Origin: Bdellovibrionales bacterium
GTDB taxonomy: Bacteria; Bdellovibrionota; Bdellovibrionia; Bdellovibrionales; UBA1609
DNA length: 64,000 nt
Direction of reading: 5' to 3'
Assembly: GCA_027317865.1 (NCBI GenBank)
Contig: DAHVQG010000007.1
Span: 14,300-78,299, forward strand
In this document: positions 8,563 to 14,943 of the stretch, piece after piece
How positions within the stretch are numbered: the stretch's first letter is position 1
How the letters are laid out: each line of letters opens with the position of its first letter
Translations under genes and position numbers: made by a program
Notes under the pieces: generated by a model
Seen by the model: the letters and a program-made list of their open reading frames with translations, nothing else
Databases searched by the model: none
Told to the model about the DNA's origin: nothing

Positions 8563-9927
8563 TCACTGCACTTTAAAGGCATACACGATAGGCCCGCTAA
8601 AATAACCTCCGCCTGGGTCGGCGCCTTTTTCTGAAAGATAAATTGTTTGTGTCGAGGGGTCGTAAGCGGCACCTCCGACATCGTGGCCAAGAGTTGTAAT
8701 GGGTAAATTGAGATCCCATGTTGCGTAAGGTGTCACGTCCCACATATTTTTCTGACCTTGTTTTACCGCTAACAAATCGTCAGCGTCGTAGGCCCATACA
8801 TACTCGGTGTACGGATACGCGTGACAACCTTTTGCTGAATGGGCTGGGTCATAGCAATATGGTTCACTGGTTGTACCGGGCACAATTGTACCGGCTAAAC
8901 TTAAATTGGAGGTACCAACTCCGTAGCAAGGTTTACCTAGGCCAGTGGTGCCAAAAAACAATACCGTGCGAGTTCCTTTCACAAAAACAATTCCGTTCAC
9001 TGAAGTGGCCATATTGAATGGCGGGTTTGGTGTTTTACCACCCCATGCCCCAAGCGTGGGGTGACTTGCGGGATATCCCACAACCGGAGTGGCCGGAGTC
9101 ACGCCACCACTTACAAAATGACCAGGGTCGAAAACCGATGCCGCAGGCCCTTCAGAACTTCGACTTATAATTGAAATTCCACCGAGCCCCGTAAGCACCG
9201 GACCTCCTAACAGTGGCTGCCACTCTGTGGGGATATTTGTCATATAACCGGCAACAAAACCGGGATTAAGTGTTCCGACTTGATACATTCCGTGAAAATT
9301 TGCTGCGGTCTGCGACAGATTGGTTGAATTAGTAAAATGCGAGAGCACGGCCTGGCTACCGGCATCGTAGTAAACATAGTCGCTGCCGATTAATTGGCTA
9401 CCAAAGACAAGAAGCCCGCCGATTACTCCATGACTGTCAGTGATGGCCGAGCCTCCAGCAGCAACGTTATTAATATGTGCATCTGTCGGATCCGCAAAAT
9501 TTTGCAGCATTTTTGCTGTCGGCAGAGCCGTCAAGCTTGTACTGTTCACTGGTGTAGGGATCGATATTTCGCCGACAAGTTGGTAGTAGGGGTGGCCAAC
9601 CATAAAAATCCCGTTTTGAACTGGATCATATGTAATTGCCGTGCCACCGTAAGAAAACCCGTCACCGTTAGGGTCGCCATTTGCTCCTTGCGGGACACGA
9701 AATCCGCCTTCTAGCACAAGATCGGATGGCTGCAGAAGCCGTTCAGTCGTGGGACTGCCATTATAAACTGTACCCGTTCCTGTACTTGCACTCGATGCGT
9801 TGCCACTCAAGCTAGCGGCATTAAACCCGCCTGAGCAGTTTTGAAACGAAATCATCAGAATTGTCGAGGCTGCTAACAGCGCTAAATATTTAGACAGTTT
9901 GCTGATGTTTAAATTTCGATTAAACAT
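8563..9927 (-). CDS. hypothetical secreted/lipoprotein
   Basis: ATG at 9927 is preceded by GAGGGGG. The track start at 9942 lies inside that SD. The N-terminus MFNRNLNISKLSKYLALLAASTILMISFQNCSGG is followed by a Ser-rich linker. The remainder is Gly/Tyr/Thr-rich and looks like beta-rich sequence. I recognise no family. Confidence 0.7.
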   Translation of the reverse strand: MFNRNLNISKLSKYLALLAASTILMISFQNCSGGFNAASLSGNASSASTGTGTVYNGSPTTERLLQPSDLVLEGGFRVPQGANGDPNGDGFSYGGTAITYDPVQNGIFMVGHPYYQLVGEISIPTPVNSTSLTALPTAKMLQNFADPTDAHINNVAAGGSAITDSHGVIGGLLVFGSQLIGSDYVYYDAGSQAVLSHFTNSTNLSQTAANFHGMYQVGTLNPGFVAGYMTNIPTEWQPLLGGPVLTGLGGISIISRSSEGPAASVFDPGHFVSGGVTPATPVVGYPASHPTLGAWGGKTPNPPFNMATSVNGIVFVKGTRTVLFFGTTGLGKPCYGVGTSNLSLAGTIVPGTTSEPYCYDPAHSAKGCHAYPYTEYVWAYDADDLLAVKQGQKNMWDVTPYATWDLNLPITTLGHDVGGAAYDPSTQTIYLSEKGADPGGGYFSGPIVYAFKVQ

Positions 9928-10047
9928 GTTACGCCCCCTCAACTCTTACTAAAAGCAACAGCAATGCCAATATGCGACTCAAATCAGTACAGTTCATTTT
10001 TTTCTGTTCGATGTAAATTCGTAGAACAAATGACTGCGAGCGCTTAA

Positions 10048-11574
10048 CTAAAACTTGAGTCCATAATAGTCCGATGTTCCTTGTGAACTGCCAGTACATT
10101 CAGCAGACAGTCCGCTACACGATGGCAAATATCCCGTAGTGTTACCATCCACAAATACGTCGTAGGCGGCGGTAATCACGACGCGATTGCCGGATGTGCT
10201 CGAACCGGTCTCGCCGAGTTGATCAGTTGAAACCCAAGTGCCATTTGTTGTGTATTTAGACATGTACATATCGGACGTGCCTTGCGAACTGCCGGTACAA
10301 GATGCTGAAACTCCATTGCACGAAGGTAGATAGCCGGACGTGCTACCGGTTATATAAACGTTCGACAATCCATCGATTGCGATGTCAGCCGCGCCTGTAC
10401 TGACCCCGCTTTCGCCAAGTTGAGTTGTCCAATCCCAGGCGCCAGTTGTCGAATATTTTGTTATAAAGAGATCACTGGTCCCCTGAGAACTTCCGGTACA
10501 AGACGCCGAAACTCCGTTGCAAGAGACAAGATTGCCTGTGGTGTTTCCGTCGACGTAGACATTGCCCGACGAGTCCGTTGCGATTTTATAAGCATCAGCC
10601 GTTTTACCTGTTTCGCCAAGTTGAGTTGTCCAATCCCAGGCGCCAGAGCTCGAATATTTAGTGACGAAGTAATCCCACGACCCTTGCGCACTGCCTGAAC
10701 AACTGCCGGGCACTCCACCGCAAGAAGGCATATTACCAGTGGTCGTACCGACAACGTAAACGTTTGATGATGAATCGACCGCCACTCCGTATGCGCCAGT
10801 TGTTTTTGATGCTTCACCCAATTGGTCTGTCCAAACCCAAGTACCTGCGCTTGTGTACTTCGAAACGAAGTAATCGTAGCTCCCTGTGGAGCTGCCCGAA
10901 CATGAACTCGAAACGCCGCCGCAAGAAGGCAAATTGCCTTGCGTTTGACCGGTGACATAAACGTTCGCAGAAGAATCTATGGACATCGCGTAACCGCCGG
11001 TCACCTTGCCCGTTTCGCCGAGTTGTTTTGTCCAAAGCCATGTGCCAGTGCTTGAATACTTCGAAATAAAATAATCCTCGCTCCCTTGGGCGGTACCCGT
11101 GCAATCAGCAGAAACGCCATTGCATGAAACGAGATTGCCTCCGGTGTAGCCGTCAACATAAACATTGCCCGAAGAGTCGACCTCAACCCCTTTGGCGCCC
11201 GTGTTATAACCGGTTTCACCAAGTTGGCGTGTCCAAATCCAAGTGCCGTTTTGTGCGTATTTTGAAACGAAATAGTCGGTGGTCCCTTGTGAACTTCCGG
11301 TACAATTGGCGGAGATACCATTGCAACTAACGAGGTCACCGTTTGTCCAACCGGCGACATAAATGTAATTTGCATCTGCGGCGATCGCCTGCACATTGGC
11401 GTTTGCTCCAGTTTCGCCGAGTTGTATGGGCAAACTCCATTGTTTGGTGGAATTCTGACTGACTTGCACCCAGACTTTGCCGCAGCCACTAAGCCCAAGC
11501 GCTAAAAATACCATAACCAAACTGAGCAATAGCCTGCCACTTTTGGATAGGGCACAAATACAACGACGGTCCAT
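10048..11574 (-). CDS. SBBP (beta-propeller) repeat lipoprotein, 7 repeats
   Basis: Lipobox LALGLSGCG. There are seven units of about 67 aa: QLGETG..G..V.VDSSGNVYV.G.T.GNL.SC.GVSA.C.GS.QG..DYF..KY...G.W.WT. This pattern is typical of SBBP repeats. The protein ends YYGLKF. Confidence 0.8.
   Translation of the reverse strand: MDRRCICALSKSGRLLLSLVMVFLALGLSGCGKVWVQVSQNSTKQWSLPIQLGETGANANVQAIAADANYIYVAGWTNGDLVSCNGISANCTGSSQGTTDYFVSKYAQNGTWIWTRQLGETGYNTGAKGVEVDSSGNVYVDGYTGGNLVSCNGVSADCTGTAQGSEDYFISKYSSTGTWLWTKQLGETGKVTGGYAMSIDSSANVYVTGQTQGNLPSCGGVSSSCSGSSTGSYDYFVSKYTSAGTWVWTDQLGEASKTTGAYGVAVDSSSNVYVVGTTTGNMPSCGGVPGSCSGSAQGSWDYFVTKYSSSGAWDWTTQLGETGKTADAYKIATDSSGNVYVDGNTTGNLVSCNGVSASCTGSSQGTSDLFITKYSTTGAWDWTTQLGESGVSTGAADIAIDGLSNVYITGSTSGYLPSCNGVSASCTGSSQGTSDMYMSKYTTNGTWVSTDQLGETGSSTSGNRVVITAAYDVFVDGNTTGYLPSCSGLSAECTGSSQGTSDYYGLKF
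10051..11424 (-). repeat. intragenic tandem repeats of about 201 bp (7 units) encoding the propeller blades
   Basis: The QLGE(T/S/A) motif recurs 7 times at a spacing of about 67 aa. Recurring strings such as ttgagttgtccaatcccaggcgcc appear at 10420 and 10620. Confidence 0.75.
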
Positions 11575-11761
11575 CGATCATTTTATCGGCACACGATTGT
11601 CGAGGCTTAAGACTAGGTGTATTTAAGAGCTCAGAATCTGTTCTATGGTTTTTGATAGAACAACAAACATAATGGTGATGCTGGTTTTATAATTTTATAG
11701 CTCCGCACCAATTTAATATGAACTGCTAGCGCCAACTGTAAAATTATGACACAGTAATTTT

Positions 11762-12880
11762 ATGCTACGGCACCGGATTCTGTTTTTATTCACCGTTGTT
11801 TTCTTCTCCAGTCTAGCAATTGCGGGAGCTAAACCTTCTGTACAACATAAAATAAAAGTGGAGTGGTATACCCCGGTCATAATGCAATCACTTGCCAATA
11901 ATCGCGCCCGAGTACTTATTCGTGGCAAAACCACACCGGGCAATCGTGCTTCGATTGGCGCAAATGCCTACAGTTTTAAATCGCAAACGAATTTTTCAAC
12001 GTTGGCGCCTCAGTACCTGAACGTCACGCCGTCAAGAGCGATCGCTGATAAAAACGGAAATTTTCAAATCAATATGACACTCCCTTATTCGGCGGTGCAG
12101 ATCCCCGTTGTTGTGACGGATAGCAATGGCCAGAGCCAAACAATTATTCTTCTACTACACGTCGAAAGAAATCGAATCCAAGTTAACGTCAAGACAATGG
12201 CCTGGAATTTATGGAGGGTTATAGTCGGTCCGACGTTTAAATTTTATAACATGAATGAATCAAATTCGCTGGTGTCATCGAAAGTTTCGTCGACGTTACT
12301 CGGGTCAACTGTGGCCGGTGAATATAATTTCCACCGAAATTATTTGGCCGCGTTTTCATTAACCTCCATGCAGGGCGTAGGCTCATTGCCGACAACTGGT
12401 GATTTTACGTTCAGTGATTTTGAAGTTGCACTTGGTGTCAGCCGCAGGTTTAAAACAAAATGGTTTAAAAAATTACGCAAATCGGTGGAGCTAAGTTATA
12501 CCAATGCGAGCAGTCCCTTTCTTGTTCGGAATTCCTCAAGCGCTTATGTTTTTTATACCGCTGCACTTAATAAATTGGCGGTTACGTTCACGGGGGCGTT
12601 CGGCAGCGGCGATTACTTTAACTCCGCCGTGAGTTTTGGGCTTTTATACGGGCTTTTAAATTCTTCTAAGTTTACTTCTAATCCCGGTGAATTAGGGGCA
12701 ATTTTAAATTATCGAATAGTTCACGATCTCGACTCACAGTTTTACATTTTGGGCGACCTGGGTGCTGAATACGACATGTATTCATTTTCGAGTTTTGACC
12801 CGCCGAGCAGCTCTACGTTGACGAATTCCATGAATCAACTTGTGGGCACGGCCAATGTGGCCATCGCGTGTAAGTTTTAA
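11762..12880 (+). CDS. hypothetical outer-membrane-like protein (signal peptide, Ig-like N-domain, putative beta-barrel)
   Basis: The signal peptide is LFLFTVVFFSSLAIAGA. The C-terminal half has alternating hydrophobic and aromatic residues and ends ...ANVAIACKF. A terminal Phe is typical of OMP C-termini. Confidence 0.55.
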   Translation: MLRHRILFLFTVVFFSSLAIAGAKPSVQHKIKVEWYTPVIMQSLANNRARVLIRGKTTPGNRASIGANAYSFKSQTNFSTLAPQYLNVTPSRAIADKNGNFQINMTLPYSAVQIPVVVTDSNGQSQTIILLLHVERNRIQVNVKTMAWNLWRVIVGPTFKFYNMNESNSLVSSKVSSTLLGSTVAGEYNFHRNYLAAFSLTSMQGVGSLPTTGDFTFSDFEVALGVSRRFKTKWFKKLRKSVELSYTNASSPFLVRNSSSAYVFYTAALNKLAVTFTGAFGSGDYFNSAVSFGLLYGLLNSSKFTSNPGELGAILNYRIVHDLDSQFYILGDLGAEYDMYSFSSFDPPSSSTLTNSMNQLVGTANVAIACKF

Positions 12881-12923
12881 TTACGGCGCAAAAGAACTGG
12901 CATTTTTTACAAAAATTCGCACG

Positions 12924-12950
12924 GATAATTCACTTAAAAAGTGAATTATC
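12924..12950. promoter_or_regulatory. perfect 10-bp inverted repeat (candidate operator) upstream of the HTH gene
   Basis: GATAATTCAC-ttaaaaa-GTGAATTATC lies 107 bp upstream of ATG 13057. It is AT-rich and has no following T-tract, so it looks more like an operator than a terminator. Confidence 0.35.
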
Positions 12951-13056
12951 TCGCAGTTCATTGTTCCGCAAATTTTTGTAGAACAGTTGAAGCGGGGAGA
13001 AGAAACAAATCAAATGACAAACCGCTTTCAAAACTATAGCAACTCCAAATAGAAAT

Positions 13057-13821
13057 ATGCCGATAACCGAAAACGCCGAAAAATCATTAAGTTCGATTCT
13101 CTTGTTAGAGCTTGAACGAAGACGCGAGAAAAACCCGCGCTATTCGCTTCGGTCATTTGCGCGAGATTTACAACTGAGCGCCTCGGTTTTGTCGGATGCA
13201 ATCAACAATAAGCGCCAACTATCACGCGATAACCTTGGGCGGGTAGCCGCTCGTCTGAGCATGCCGTTTTTAATGTCTGCACCAGCTCTAACTTCGCGGG
13301 GTGCATATCACAAACTTTCAACTGTGGATGAGCAAACGATGGCGTCGAGTTGGTACCACTACGCGCTGTTCGGCTTGGCTCAATTAAAGTCGAATAATGC
13401 GTCGCCGGAGTGGATTTCGCGGCGGCTTCGAATAACGTCTGTACAGGCGAAGCGTGCGCTTCACTGTTTGCAGCGGCTTAAGCTCATCGAAGTTCGCGCT
13501 AATCGAATGATTCCACTCAAGCAAAATTTTGAATCGTCTACTGATATTCCGTCGCAAGCGCTTCGTAAATTTCACCTGCAAAATTTGAAACGAGCAATGG
13601 AATCGCTTGAACAAGTCGCCATCAGCGATCGCGACATTACTTCGATGACGCTCGCGTTTGCTGAAAAAGATATGCGCATTGCAAAAGACTATATTAGAAA
13701 ATTTCGGCGCCGGTTTACTAAGAGATTTGAAACCACGAACGGTACCGACGTGTACACTCTAGCCGTTCAGTTGTTTCCGCAGACTTTACGTCCGGATTGC
13801 CGCAAATTGGACGAGGTCTGA
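13057..13821 (+). CDS. TIGR02147 / DUF4423-family protein (predicted HTH DNA-binding protein)
   Basis: The N-terminus LLELERRREKNPRYSLRSFARDLQLSASVLSDAINNKRQLS matches the family hallmark (KNPRYS.R.FA...G.S...L..V..GKR.LS) as I remember it from Fibrobacter and Bdellovibrio paralogs. Confidence 0.7.
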   Translation: MPITENAEKSLSSILLLELERRREKNPRYSLRSFARDLQLSASVLSDAINNKRQLSRDNLGRVAARLSMPFLMSAPALTSRGAYHKLSTVDEQTMASSWYHYALFGLAQLKSNNASPEWISRRLRITSVQAKRALHCLQRLKLIEVRANRMIPLKQNFESSTDIPSQALRKFHLQNLKRAMESLEQVAISDRDITSMTLAFAEKDMRIAKDYIRKFRRRFTKRFETTNGTDVYTLAVQLFPQTLRPDCRKLDEV

Positions 13822-13852
13822 TTTCGAATAACGACCGGTTTTGGGGGTAGAA

Positions 13853-14875
13853 GTGAAAATTCAATTTATCATTGTGCCTTTTGCGCTGTTGCTTATTGCG
13901 CTCGCGCCTAATGTCAGCTGGGCCGGGGGCGATGCGGGTAACGGCGGTGGAGTGTCCGAACAATACTTCGTTCATGCTTATTTGCACTTGGGCGACTACA
14001 TTCAAATTTGTCTCGACTCAGATGTGTGCCGTTTGACGCCACGAGAACAAGAGATGTTGGTTAAAATACTAGGTTCGCTCCCTAAAGAATACAAAACCAA
14101 AAATCAAGTTCAGTTTTTGACCGGCTCCCGGTACAAGAAGTTTTTTACTATTGACGGCCTTGTGCGTGTTGCCGTAACCGGCAATAAAGTTGGCGATCCA
14201 ATCTACGTTTATGATAACGAACTCTATTCGGCGAGCGGCAAGCCGATTACGCTCGGTTTTGCGATAGGCAAACTTGTACACGAGTTTGGGCATCACCATG
14301 GAGTCAAAGACACTCCAAACGACTGGCTTGATCGTCTCGGCGAAAAAGTCGAGTTGGGATACGAGCGTCGTGCTTTGCAAGATCAAACTTATTTATCAAA
14401 TGGCAAGCCGATCACGGCAACTTATTTCGCCTCTGGCGCTGGGTTTAGAGAGCTGATCGTATCAAACAAAGATAAGGCGTTCGATCTAACCGACGACCTT
14501 GTGGGAGAGGTTTCGCTGTTGTGCCGTTACCGCCACCCCGTAGAAAGAACGCATCTTTTTGCGCCATCGCCAAAATTTGACGTGACCAATATGCGCTGGC
14601 GAAATCGTTTGGCCAAAAGCACTGACGCTTATTATTGGATTGCCGAAATTCATTCTGAAATTCGTTCAGGTGCACAGCCCTTAACGGTTACGGTTCATGC
14701 CGAATGTCCGACGTATCCAGGGTACCAAGGTCAACGATGGGAGATTACCTTCTGGATTTCGCCGAAATTAAATATAAACGACGTCATGGCTGGACATTTA
14801 GATAATTTACCGTTTTCTCTCTTTTACGGAGTCAAAGGCAATATACCGGTAACATCCGATCTGCCTCGTGAATGA
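13853..14875 (+). CDS. hypothetical secreted protein with a HExxHxxGxxD zinc-protease-like motif
   Basis: GGGGG precedes the GTG at 13853. The signal is VKIQFIIVPFALLLIALAPNVSWA. The motif reads LVHEFGHHHGVKD. I recognise no other family features. Confidence 0.6.
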   Translation: MKIQFIIVPFALLLIALAPNVSWAGGDAGNGGGVSEQYFVHAYLHLGDYIQICLDSDVCRLTPREQEMLVKILGSLPKEYKTKNQVQFLTGSRYKKFFTIDGLVRVAVTGNKVGDPIYVYDNELYSASGKPITLGFAIGKLVHEFGHHHGVKDTPNDWLDRLGEKVELGYERRALQDQTYLSNGKPITATYFASGAGFRELIVSNKDKAFDLTDDLVGEVSLLCRYRHPVERTHLFAPSPKFDVTNMRWRNRLAKSTDAYYWIAEIHSEIRSGAQPLTVTVHAECPTYPGYQGQRWEITFWISPKLNINDVMAGHLDNLPFSLFYGVKGNIPVTSDLPRE

Positions 14876-14943
14876 ATTGGGTAACACGTTTCAGGTTGAA
14901 ACGGTTTATTAAATTATCGCGCGTAAAAATCCGATAACATTGG

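Noticed and set aside
10051-11424. Regularly spaced DNA repeats, which could be a CRISPR-like array (also the GS microsatellite at 20090..20158)
   Set aside because: The repeats are in-frame coding units of about 201 bp with no unique spacers. There is no leader and no cas genes. The region is a protein repeat, not a CRISPR array.
10420-11498. Long alternative-frame and antisense ORFs inside the SBBP gene (10461..10958, 11001..11498, 10814..11104, 10420..10698)
   Set aside because: They are repeat-driven open frames. Only the 10048..11574 frame gives a coherent 7-fold SBBP repeat with a lipobox.
14888-14940. A GTTTCA-ggt-TGAAAC hairpin and a TTATCG-N12-CGATAA inverted repeat between the HExxH gene and the J-like gene, possibly related to the 12924 palindrome through a shared GATAA core
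   Set aside because: The stems are short (6 bp) and AT-rich. The half-site orientation differs from the 12924 element, and the similarity is only 5-6 nt, which is compatible with chance.
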